This document shows, in pieces, positions 31,425-39,690 of a stretch of DNA of 64,000 nucleotides. This DNA comes from Pseudomonadota bacterium. Its GTDB lineage: Bacteria > Campylobacterota > Campylobacteria > Campylobacterales > Sulfurimonadaceae. The notes beneath the pieces were generated by a model. The model was not told the DNA's origin. It ran no database searches and saw nothing but the letters and a program-made list of their open reading frames with translations. Both the position numbers and the translations under genes were made by a program. The stretch covers positions 96,001 through 160,000 of the forward strand of contig JAZDQA010000006.1 in NCBI GenBank assembly GCA_043797085.1, read 5' to 3'. Each line of letters begins with the position of its first letter. Positions within the stretch are counted from its first letter, which is position 1.

Positions 31425-31487
31425 TCAATAGACTCCTCTGGGGGTCTTATTGCTCCACATTTTATATCCAATCACATAGGTTTCACA

Positions 31488-32336
31488 ATGATAAATAAAC
31501 TAGCGGATATTCCGATTAACGACGTGTTAAAAAAATATATCTTTATCTTTATCGGGGCCTCTTCACTGGCACTTGGTGTCGTATTATTTTTAATTCCTAA
31601 CCATATTGTAGCTGGAGGAACTCCTGGTATATCGATAATTATAAACTATTTCACCGGAATTCCAGCAGGAATGTTGATGTTTTTAATCAATATTCCTCTG
31701 GTGCTGATGAGTATGAGATACATCAGTAGAGAGTTTGCCGTTCGTACTATTTTTTCAATCATTGTCTCTTCATCGGTGGTTGATATACTGCGTGAATACT
31801 TTCAAGTCACCGCATGGACAAATGATCCGATTTTATCCAGTATATTCGGTGGTATAGCAATTGGAATCGGTCTTGGATTTATCATTGCCGGAAACGCTTC
31901 GGCCGGAGGGCCATCTATCGTTGCCAGATTCATAGCAGATAGAATGCATTGGAAACAAAACAATGTCATCATTGCATTGGATTTCATTATTGTTATTGCT
32001 GCCGGTATCGCTTTTGGGCGTATTGAAAGTGCTCTTTTTAGTTTGATTGTCGTCTACGCAACAGGACAAGCTTTGAATGCCATAATATCAGGCAGACCTT
32101 CCAAAAAAGTGGTTCATATTTTTTCCAACAATCTAAAGCTTTTAAGTCATCATATTGTCGAAGTTCTAGGAAGAGATGGAGTTATTTTAGAGGGAGTTAG
32201 TGGCGAGCCGCACGAAAAACAAAAAGTTCTTATGATTATCGTCGAAAATAATAAAATACGCGTCGTACAGGAGATTGTCAAAGAACATGACAATGACGGT
32301 TATATGGTCGTTATAGAAGCATCAGAGTTACACTGA
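31488..32336 (+). CDS. YitT family membrane protein
   Basis: PNHIVAGG, NASAGG, multiple TMs, C-terminal DUF2179-like region. Confidence 0.85.
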   Translation: MINKLADIPINDVLKKYIFIFIGASSLALGVVLFLIPNHIVAGGTPGISIIINYFTGIPAGMLMFLINIPLVLMSMRYISREFAVRTIFSIIVSSSVVDILREYFQVTAWTNDPILSSIFGGIAIGIGLGFIIAGNASAGGPSIVARFIADRMHWKQNNVIIALDFIIVIAAGIAFGRIESALFSLIVVYATGQALNAIISGRPSKKVVHIFSNNLKLLSHHIVEVLGRDGVILEGVSGEPHEKQKVLMIIVENNKIRVVQEIVKEHDNDGYMVVIEASELH

Positions 32337-32879
32337 TTTAAAGGTGAATTTCATTATTTCTGTGCTGTTCATTTTATTCAAAACTTCCAGTGTTTTCGTA
32401 ACATCATAAACCGCGCTATGATACTGTTCTTCATCAAATTCGATGCGGTAATGCCGGCAAGTTTCCAGTAGTTTCGGATTCTTGAGACTTCCTCTGACAT
32501 TGAGAGCTCCGACAATCTTTTTATTGGATTTCATCGTGCAGAAGTGTTTTTCGAAGCTAGTCAGCTCACCGATATGACGCAGTTCAAACGCTATATTGTG
32601 GGCAACAAGTGTTTTAGCACCCTGACAAAACTCTACAAACTCTTGATCTTCTGAAAAATACTCTGCATAATCAACATTCGCTCGTAATCGTTCTATTCGT
32701 TGTGGAGAGAGTTTGTGAACAGCAAGCGCATAAGGATTAACCTCATATTCGGAAAAATAGTAGCGATGGAAGGTATCGGCGATAACATAAACCCCCTCCT
32801 CTCTTTTAATCCGAAACGCCGCAACTTCGATCACGTCATGGACATTTGCGGAGTTGGTTTCAAAGTCCAGTATGATCAA
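32328..32879 (-). CDS. DEDDh 3'-5' exonuclease
   Basis: LDFET, VAHN, HSAVYDV. Confidence 0.85.
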   Translation of the reverse strand: MIILDFETNSANVHDVIEVAAFRIKREEGVYVIADTFHRYYFSEYEVNPYALAVHKLSPQRIERLRANVDYAEYFSEDQEFVEFCQGAKTLVAHNIAFELRHIGELTSFEKHFCTMKSNKKIVGALNVRGSLKNPKLLETCRHYRIEFDEEQYHSAVYDVTKTLEVLNKMNSTEIMKFTFKSV

Positions 32880-32980
32880 TAGTGCTCCATTGGTATATGA
32901 ATTAATTTTATTTGATATTTTACCCAGAAGGTAATGTCGATTGGTTTATAATGTCAAAACACACTTTCTAAAGGTCATCC

Positions 32981-33397
32981 ATGATTCAAACACCCTTCTT
33001 AGCCGTGGACGGTATAGTTGAAATTTACAATGATGTTGGTATATTTGAAGGGATTGTGCTCATTGAGAGATTGAACAATCCTAAAGGACTAGCATTGCCA
33101 GGCGGATTCGTCGATATCGGCGAAACGGTAGAAACTGCGGTTGTACGGGAGATGAAAGAAGAGATATCTCTTGATGTTACGACTAAATCGTTACTTGGTG
33201 TCTATTCAGATCCTACACGGGATCCGAGGTTTCACTGTGTATCGATTGTATACGTTTGTAAAGCTTTGGGAGTACCAGAAGGTGCCGATGATGCGAAAGA
33301 GGCATTCGTGTATCCTCTGAATGATATTCCCTATGACAAGCTTGTGTTTGATCATGCCAAGATCATACGAGACTATTGCGCAGCTAAGAAAGATTAA
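32981..33397 (+). CDS. NUDIX hydrolase (ADP-ribose pyrophosphatase-like)
   Basis: PGGFVDIGETVETAVVREMKEE Nudix box, RDPR, FDH. Confidence 0.9.
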   Translation: MIQTPFLAVDGIVEIYNDVGIFEGIVLIERLNNPKGLALPGGFVDIGETVETAVVREMKEEISLDVTTKSLLGVYSDPTRDPRFHCVSIVYVCKALGVPEGADDAKEAFVYPLNDIPYDKLVFDHAKIIRDYCAAKKD

Positions 33398-33402
33398 TTC
33401 AC

Positions 33403-34347
33403 ATGCACAACAAAAATACTCTCAAATTTCTCTACCAAGATTTAGATGAACTCATCGCCCAATACAGCAATAATAAGATTGACCGATTCTCTTTTGTATC
33501 CGAGGTTGAGAGATTAAAACAAGCGAACGAAGTTATCCTAAATGGCAATGAAGATTTTGCAGAACTTGTAGAGAATGCACTTCTTGAAAAACAATATGAA
33601 AGCTTGAAGCAAATGACCAAAGCAGCGCTCGAAAATATCAAAGTACCCTCCTCTGCTGTTAAAGTACTGATACTAAGTGGTGCAGGGATCAGTGCTGAAA
33701 GCGGTGTTCGTACCTTTAGAGACAGTGACGGCTTATGGGAAGAGTACGATGTCATGGAAGCATGCTCCGTTGAAGGGTTTGAGCGGAACCCAAAACTGGT
33801 CGCTGATTTTTACGATGCAAGACGGCGTGATCTAGAAAGCAAACAACCTAATCTTGCCCATGACATGGTCGCTCGTCTCAAACGCAAATATCCCGCACAG
33901 ATCGATGTTCTCACTCAAAACGTTGATGATCTATTTGAGCGTGCCGGGTGTCCTGATGTCGTCCATCTGCACGGCACTCTAACTGATTTACGTTGCGAAG
34001 AATGCAAAACTGTATTTGAAATCGGATACAAGAGCCAAATCGATGTGATCTGCCCGAAATGCCAAAGCAGCAACATTCGCCACAACGTCGTCATGTTTGG
34101 CGAAGAAGCACCGATGTATCAGGAGCTTCAACAATCGATCGATGAATGTGATGTGTTTGTCGTTATTGGAACCAGCGGAAATGTCATCAATGTCGCATGG
34201 TATGCACAATGGTTCGAACATTCACTTTTGAATAATCTAGATCCGGATGAGAAATTGGATCCTTATTTCAAAGTCGTGTATCATGAAAAAGCAACCCAAG
34301 CTGCAGAAAAGATTGAAGTGTATATTGAAACGTTTTTATCCAATTGA
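33403..34347 (+). CDS. cobB: Sir2/CobB NAD-dependent deacylase with ~85-aa N-terminal extension
   Basis: GAGISAESG, TQNVDDL, HLHG, CEEC/CPKC zinc site, IGTSG. Confidence 0.85.
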   Translation: MHNKNTLKFLYQDLDELIAQYSNNKIDRFSFVSEVERLKQANEVILNGNEDFAELVENALLEKQYESLKQMTKAALENIKVPSSAVKVLILSGAGISAESGVRTFRDSDGLWEEYDVMEACSVEGFERNPKLVADFYDARRRDLESKQPNLAHDMVARLKRKYPAQIDVLTQNVDDLFERAGCPDVVHLHGTLTDLRCEECKTVFEIGYKSQIDVICPKCQSSNIRHNVVMFGEEAPMYQELQQSIDECDVFVVIGTSGNVINVAWYAQWFEHSLLNNLDPDEKLDPYFKVVYHEKATQAAEKIEVYIETFLSN

Positions 34348-34502
34348 TATTCGAATTTCCTATGTTTACAGAAAGTACATTAAAAGGATGGATGTAGGTG
34401 GATTAGTATGGAACATTATGGACAAGGAGATGGCTAAATATGCCTAAATAAGGTATTTAGAAGGTTTTTTTGGATTGATTTGGACTGTCTTGGATTAGAT
34501 TG

Positions 34503-34558
34503 TGGTACCAGTGGCCGGACTTGAACCGGCACATATTGCTATACCGGATTTTGAATCC
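34503..34558 (-). repeat. 3' fragment of tRNA-Leu(CAA); att site at island end
   Basis: Reverse complement GGATTCAAAATCCGGT-long variable arm-GCCGGTTCAAGTCCGGC-CACTGGTACCA; 5' half absent; integrase adjacent. Confidence 0.88.
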
Positions 34559-34684
34559 AATTTATATTCAAGCTACACCAAGCTATAACTACCTATAGGC
34601 ACCCTTTCTAAACCCCTATTACAAGGGCTTCTTTATACAATTATTAGTTACAACTAGCTACAATTAACGATACCTCAATATTGT

Positions 34685-34742
34685 TAAATTGATACCCGTT
34701 TCCAATAAATTGATACCCGTTTTAACTAAAAATGATACCCGT
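34685..34742 (+). repeat. three direct repeats TGATACCCGT, probable integrase arm-binding sites
   Basis: Copies at 34690, 34711 and 34733 between att and the integrase start. Confidence 0.7.
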
Positions 34743-34751
34743 GGAGTCCAC

Positions 34752-36038
34752 ATGAATTTTAATTTGAAGAATCGTAGAACTGCTGGTTTAATCTATAAAG
34801 ATGATGGGCAAATTCCATCTAGCAAAATTGTAGATGGTCAAATAGTTAATACAAATATCACTTTTACAAAGCCATATAAAATTCAAGTCAGAGCATCAAA
34901 AGTTCTTAATGGTAAAAGATCTATCAACAAAGAAACAATGACTTTTGATAAAAATAAAACTTTACTAGACGCAATAAAAGAAGCCACCAAAAGATATGAA
35001 GAGTTGATGGATGAACTCAATAACGATATATACAAGAAAAAATCTTCTGAAGTCATCAAGCCAGATATGACATTTGAAAGTGCGTGGCTACTTATTCGTA
35101 ATAAAGAAACAAAAAATGGGAAAGATAACTCGACTGAAATACAGTTCTATAATAACTGGTTGCAACCAATATATACCAAGCCGTTAAACAAAATCGCGCC
35201 TAATGATATAAGAGATATTGCTAATACGTTAAAAAACGCAAATAGATCAGACCGGACGCAAAGAAGAACCTATCAAGTCGTGAACTATATTTATAGTGAA
35301 ATCAATAAGTCAACGACAGAATTTGTTCTGATATCGCCAGCATCGATGAAGGGATTGCCTCCTTTAAGAAATAAGTCCAACTTGGATTTACCATTGGAAA
35401 AATCAAAAGCTGTCGCGCAAGCATTAAGGAATTATCCAGTGTCGCCGTATAGAGAAGTTTTTATGTGGTTGTTACATGGAAGAAGAAGAGGAGAAGTTCT
35501 TGCCCTCAAATGGGAAGATATAAATTTTGAAGATCGCACATACACCATCAAAGAGATTTCGAATAAAGCAGGCATCAATATGACCTATAAGCTATCAAAT
35601 CGATTATTTGCCACTCTCGAAGTTCTAGCAGGCATGAAAAAGATAGATAAGATGAAAGGATTCGTTTTTAAAAGCTCAGATAACACAAAACCTCTTTGTG
35701 AAGCCACATTGAGAAACCATTGGAAGCGCTTGAGTGATGATAAATTCCCATTTACGAGAATGCATGATTTAAGAAAGCTACTAGGTGAATATCTTATGAA
35801 TCAGATGTTGCAGAGTGATAATATCGTCGATACCGTTTTAGGGCATATACCTAGCGGTATTGCATCAAGATACGCAACTATGAAAAATACAACAGTCGGT
35901 CCAATCGTAGATGCTGCACTTGATGGACTCTTGGACGAAAATAAAGCCATTGAAGTTGATGATGAGAAATTAAAACAGTTACAAGCGATGTTTCCTGAAA
36001 AATCATTAGAGCAATTAAAAGTATTTTTGAATGATTAA
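34752..36038 (+). CDS. tyrosine recombinase/integrase
   Basis: HGRRRGE, HDLRK, LGH, catalytic Tyr (SRYA); GGAG RBS before ATG 34752. Confidence 0.92.
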   Translation: MNFNLKNRRTAGLIYKDDGQIPSSKIVDGQIVNTNITFTKPYKIQVRASKVLNGKRSINKETMTFDKNKTLLDAIKEATKRYEELMDELNNDIYKKKSSEVIKPDMTFESAWLLIRNKETKNGKDNSTEIQFYNNWLQPIYTKPLNKIAPNDIRDIANTLKNANRSDRTQRRTYQVVNYIYSEINKSTTEFVLISPASMKGLPPLRNKSNLDLPLEKSKAVAQALRNYPVSPYREVFMWLLHGRRRGEVLALKWEDINFEDRTYTIKEISNKAGINMTYKLSNRLFATLEVLAGMKKIDKMKGFVFKSSDNTKPLCEATLRNHWKRLSDDKFPFTRMHDLRKLLGEYLMNQMLQSDNIVDTVLGHIPSGIASRYATMKNTTVGPIVDAALDGLLDENKAIEVDDEKLKQLQAMFPEKSLEQLKVFLND

Positions 36039-36065
36039 GAGAGGAGTAGATTACTTTATATAATT

Positions 36066-36084
36066 TCCGATATTCGGATATAAT
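36066..36084 (+). promoter_or_regulatory. palindrome TCCGA-TAT-TCGGA abutting a TATAAT -10 box
   Basis: Directly upstream of the HTH gene; typical autoregulatory operator layout. Confidence 0.55.
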
Positions 36085-36114
36085 AACACTATAAATTTCG
36101 AAGAGGAGGAGAAT

Positions 36115-36723
36115 ATGACTACCACTGAAATCACTAAGATGTTTCAAATTGCTGATAGTACGCTCAGTGATTGGGAATCCAATCCGAAACGTCAAAAGCT
36201 CCTTACCCTCCTTCGTACGATTAGCCTTGATGAGGCAGAAAAATATTTACAGCCTAAAAATACACCGCCAAAATTTAGTCCTAAAACCCGTTTCGTCAAA
36301 CTTCGAAAAGAGTGGTTTAGTATTGATCTATTATGGTCACGACAAGATCATTCACTTATAGAGATTAATAGCCTCATTGGGATTTATCTCTCAACACCAA
36401 ATCAAGAGGATACCCAAACACTGATCCGTCTATTTGGAATCGAACGCGTCCGTTCGATCTTGATCAAACTCGAAAATACCATGCCGATTGAAGATTATAA
36501 TGAAGCTTCAGAGCAGATTGAATTTGCCATAGACTCGGAAAGCTATTTTCAAGATCATCCATTACCGTCAATAGAGGAGCTTCTACGTCATCCTAAAAAA
36601 CGGTATATTACCTATCTGAGGAAACAATACAGTGCCGATGAGTTGGTAAAAATGGCTCAAGAGAAAAATGTACCGTTTAACACCATCTTTCAAATCAAAA
36701 AGATGACAGGACTTAGCGTATGA
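36115..36723 (+). CDS. HTH-containing protein, probable antitoxin of a nucleotidyltransferase (AbiE-like) TA pair
   Basis: N-terminal HTH (TEITKMFQIADSTLSDWE), GGAGG RBS, ATGA-coupled to a truncated downstream gene. Confidence 0.6.
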   Translation: MTTTEITKMFQIADSTLSDWESNPKRQKLLTLLRTISLDEAEKYLQPKNTPPKFSPKTRFVKLRKEWFSIDLLWSRQDHSLIEINSLIGIYLSTPNQEDTQTLIRLFGIERVRSILIKLENTMPIEDYNEASEQIEFAIDSESYFQDHPLPSIEELLRHPKKRYITYLRKQYSADELVKMAQEKNVPFNTIFQIKKMTGLSV

Positions 36724-36788
36724 CCGAAGCGATCAAACAGATTCTACCGATCATCCAAGATCACGAGATTTTTAGCAAACATAATTTC
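36720..36788 (+). pseudogene. 5' stub of probable AbiEii-type nucleotidyltransferase toxin, cut by a tRNA fragment
   Basis: MTEAIKQILPIIQDHEIFSKHNF, then an abrupt switch to tRNA sequence where the GGTAL motif would be expected. Confidence 0.5.
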
Positions 36789-36844
36789 AGACTTAGGATC
36801 TGGTGCCGCAAGGTGTAGGAGTTCAAGTCTCCTCATCCGCACCA
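36788..36844 (+). repeat. 3' fragment of tRNA-Leu(TAG); att junction of a second element
   Basis: CAGACTTAGGATCTGG anticodon arm, GCCGCAAGGT variable arm, GGAGTTCAAGTCTCC T-arm, ends CGCACCA; no 5' half. Confidence 0.88.
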
Positions 36845-36914
36845 CCCTTTTAAAGCCCTATAATAGGCACTTCTTGCTCAATCAATCAAAAATATTTTCT
36901 TCTCAAAATTTTCA

Positions 36915-36937
36915 AGGGTACACATTAGGGTACACAT
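36915..36937 (+). repeat. tandem AGGGTACACAT x2, probable arm-binding sites
   Basis: Copies at 36915 and 36927, about 70 bp inside the tRNA-Leu(TAG) junction. Confidence 0.6.
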
Positions 36938-37104
36938 ATAATTTTGCCTCGCCTATCAATTTAGCTCCTATGCATTTTTTGATGAAATCGTTAATCTTTA
37001 TGGTAGAATCTTTTTGTCATCCTTTTATAACTCCTCAGCTAACTGGATGACATCCTCGTGATCATCTATTATCCCGTTAGAAACAAAAAATTGAGGAAAC
37101 TATT

Positions 37105-37980
37105 ATGCCCTCCGACGATGATTACAAATCCCCTATCTTTGCAATATTAATCAAACTTTACAATGGTGAAAAATTTACAACTAGAGAACTCAGTACAGAA
37201 TTTGATACCGATATACGGAACATTCAAAGATATATGAAAAGACTTACATTTTTACCGATCAAAAAAGAAAAACATTACTATTTTTTAGAATCTTATGCAC
37301 TTGGTAAACTTTCTTTTGACGACATTAAAAATTTTGCTGCTATAAGCGGTGTTAAAAACCTCTTTCCAAGCCTCACCAATGAATTTATTATCGATTTACT
37401 CAATGCTAAAATCAATTCAGCTTATTTGGTCAAATCACCGCAGTATGAAGAGATCATACACAATAAAGAAAATTTTGACAATTTGAGCGTTGCCATCGTT
37501 AGCTATATGGCTGTTCAGTGTATATATAAAAAGAAACTACGCCTACTTTATCCTTACAAGCTGGTCAATCATCACGGCATTTGGTACCTCGTTGCTGATG
37601 ATGGTGGGGTATTAAAAAACTTCAGTTTCTCAAAAATCACCGATTTGCAGATAGTACATGATAAACAGTTCAAGCCGAACCGTGATTTTCTCGATACTCT
37701 GAAAAAGAATAATGCTGATTGGTTTTCTCAGAATGTGGTCAATGTTACCCTCAAAATTAATCCTCAGGTTGGCGAATACTTTTTAAAACGAAAACTCCTT
37801 TCGAATCAAACCGTCATAAAACAAACGCCTAATGAATTGATTATTAAAGCAACGGTTTCGTATGACGATGAAATTTTACGGATCGTACAGTACTGGCTTC
37901 CCCATATAGAGATTGTTTCTCCTGAACATTTACAAGAAAAATTAATCGAAACATTACAAGGATATTTAAAAGCGACATAA
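37105..37980 (+). CDS. HTH-WYL-WCX transcriptional regulator
   Basis: N-terminal HTH (RNIQRY), PYKLVNHHGIWYLVA, C-terminal WLPHIEIVSPEHL. Confidence 0.92.
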   Translation: MPSDDDYKSPIFAILIKLYNGEKFTTRELSTEFDTDIRNIQRYMKRLTFLPIKKEKHYYFLESYALGKLSFDDIKNFAAISGVKNLFPSLTNEFIIDLLNAKINSAYLVKSPQYEEIIHNKENFDNLSVAIVSYMAVQCIYKKKLRLLYPYKLVNHHGIWYLVADDGGVLKNFSFSKITDLQIVHDKQFKPNRDFLDTLKKNNADWFSQNVVNVTLKINPQVGEYFLKRKLLSNQTVIKQTPNELIIKATVSYDDEILRIVQYWLPHIEIVSPEHLQEKLIETLQGYLKAT

Positions 37981-38005
37981 TCGGTCGCAGTACTAATGTT
38001 ATGCT
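37972..38005 (+). promoter_or_regulatory. GCGAC-N7-GTCGC palindrome plus extended -10 (TGnTATGCT); putative WYL-activated promoter
   Basis: GCGAC 37972-37976, GTCGC 37984-37988, TATGCT 38000-38005, AAGGAG RBS before 38036. Confidence 0.65.
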
Positions 38006-38035
38006 TCTCCTTAGATTTGACCCTAAGGAGATACC

Positions 38036-38644
38036 ATGATACCAATACTTTTAGGCGGAATTGCAGGAGTTGTAACAGGATACGCACTCAAAAAGTACTT
38101 AAACGAAGAGGAGTGCTATTGCCCTAACCATGAAGAGAGTGTATCTGATACCGTGCACATCAACGCCCTCGAACCGCTCAACACCATCAAACAAAAACTC
38201 AACAAATCCCTATTCCGTAAAACTGAAGCACTGATGAGTGCGATTGAAAACCTCGGTTCAAACACGCCACGAAGTGTTACCGAAGAACCAAACGCAATCC
38301 AAACACTCGAAAGCACCCCCGAAATCGAAGCAGAGATAACCGAATTTTGTCACATTCTCACTCGTGCCGAACAGGTTCAACACGCGCTGCTCGATGAACT
38401 CATCAAACCGTTTTTCGAAATCGATGATGCAAACCACCTCGGTGAGGAAGATAGGGCAAAAGCAACACGTTTTATCGAGATTGATACCCTAATGCGTGAA
38501 GCGTGTACAACTCCGATCACATTGGATGGTGCATCGGTTAGCACCATGGCGAAAATGGCATTTCATGCACTGTTTATGTGCATAGACGAGAATAATAATC
38601 CTGAAAGCAATGAGGCATTCGATGAAAACAATCTTAGCCATTAG
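38036..38644 (+). CDS. hypothetical protein with N-terminal Gly-rich membrane anchor
   Basis: MIPILLGGIAGVVTGYAL followed by helical domain; strong RBS. Confidence 0.75.
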   Translation: MIPILLGGIAGVVTGYALKKYLNEEECYCPNHEESVSDTVHINALEPLNTIKQKLNKSLFRKTEALMSAIENLGSNTPRSVTEEPNAIQTLESTPEIEAEITEFCHILTRAEQVQHALLDELIKPFFEIDDANHLGEEDRAKATRFIEIDTLMREACTTPITLDGASVSTMAKMAFHALFMCIDENNNPESNEAFDENNLSH

Positions 38645-39062
38645 TGGCAGAGGTTTAAACTTTGCCAACTATGTCAAAACACTTCAAAACGATGATCGCA
38701 TTTACACGATAGAATCGCTACGCCAAGCGGATGAGATACTCGATCAGCTCAGAGATAGCAACGTTCATCTTGTGGCAGGATTAGGGGGTACGAGAGGAAC
38801 GGGATTGATTGCAGATGTTGCAGCCAAACTCAAACAACACGAGATAGACTTTACGGTGTACGTTACGCTCCCTTTTAGTTTTGAAGGAAAAAAGAGAGGA
38901 GAGTCTGCCAAAAAAATGGTAGATCATCTCCTACAAAATGGATTTAAAGTATTGACCGAAGATAACAATACCATCCTAACAAATGGTATCGCTGCCGCCG
39001 ATTCTTTCAAAGTGGCTTTTTTCGAGATAGATAAAAAATTATACGAAAAAATGGAGGCTTGA
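38622..39062 (+). CDS. truncated FtsZ/tubulin GTPase-domain protein (146 aa)
   Basis: VAGLGGTRGTG (cf. FtsZ AGMGGGTGTG), VTLPFSFEGKKR, DNN, AF..ID; ends before the T7 loop. Confidence 0.75.
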   Translation: MKTILAISGRGLNFANYVKTLQNDDRIYTIESLRQADEILDQLRDSNVHLVAGLGGTRGTGLIADVAAKLKQHEIDFTVYVTLPFSFEGKKRGESAKKMVDHLLQNGFKVLTEDNNTILTNGIAAADSFKVAFFEIDKKLYEKMEA

Positions 39063-39063
39063 G

Positions 39064-39273
39064 ATGATTATCTTAGAAGGACTCATTTCATGGGTGGTGT
39101 TATATGCTCTGTACTTCGCGGCTAAAGAGGGGCTTATATCGATTTTGGTGGCAATCGTCGGGGCGGTGATCTTTTTTGCTATTATCCCTGTCACCATAAA
39201 AGCTCTGGTTATGATGATAACAGTGGTTTATTTTGTGACTCGTTCACTATTTTCTCAACCTCAGGAGGCTTAA
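39064..39273 (+). CDS. small integral membrane protein
   Basis: 69 aa, almost entirely hydrophobic, GGAGG RBS. Confidence 0.7.
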   Translation: MIILEGLISWVVLYALYFAAKEGLISILVAIVGAVIFFAIIPVTIKALVMMITVVYFVTRSLFSQPQEA

Positions 39274-39274
39274 A

Positions 39275-39457
39275 ATGATTGCGCAAAAACCGTTTAAATG
39301 GATTTGTCCCAAATGCGGATATTCCAAAACCGTAACCCCAAAGAGTGACGCAATAGATCCTCGTGACTTCATGAATCGTTGCCCGAAATGCGGTGGGGAG
39401 ATGGAGAAAAGAGATGTTGGAGCGCTTGATGTTATAAAAGGACTATTCACAAATTAA
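39275..39457 (+). CDS. small zinc-ribbon protein
   Basis: Two CPKCG motifs, AGGAGG RBS. Confidence 0.75.
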   Translation: MIAQKPFKWICPKCGYSKTVTPKSDAIDPRDFMNRCPKCGGEMEKRDVGALDVIKGLFTN

Positions 39458-39690
39458 AATAGTGTTTCATTTAGGAACATTAATGTGACTTCGTGGTATA
39501 TCATTGTTTTCAGCGCCCTATAGGGAATTATATCTTAAACAAAGTTTATATACCATTGATAGTTTTAAAAAATATCGCATTGAAAAGGAAAATATTATGG
39601 ATGAAAAACCTCTAAGTTTACTGTTTTGATTAATACTAGCTCGAAAGAATAAAAAAGTATCATAATACATATTAGCATGGGAGATAAAAA

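Noticed and set aside
33403..34347. Defence-type SIR2 NADase
   Set aside because: It has the zinc-binding CobB deacylase architecture and lies outside the att boundary
34503..34558. Functional tRNA-Leu(CAA) gene
   Set aside because: No 5' acceptor strand or D-arm; it is an att duplication
34685..34742. CRISPR mini-array
   Set aside because: Repeats are only 10-17 bp with a 21-22 bp period, there are no real spacers and no cas genes; arm sites fit better. I saw no CRISPR array in the window
36788..36844. Functional tRNA-Leu(TAG) gene
   Set aside because: The 5' half is replaced by coding sequence
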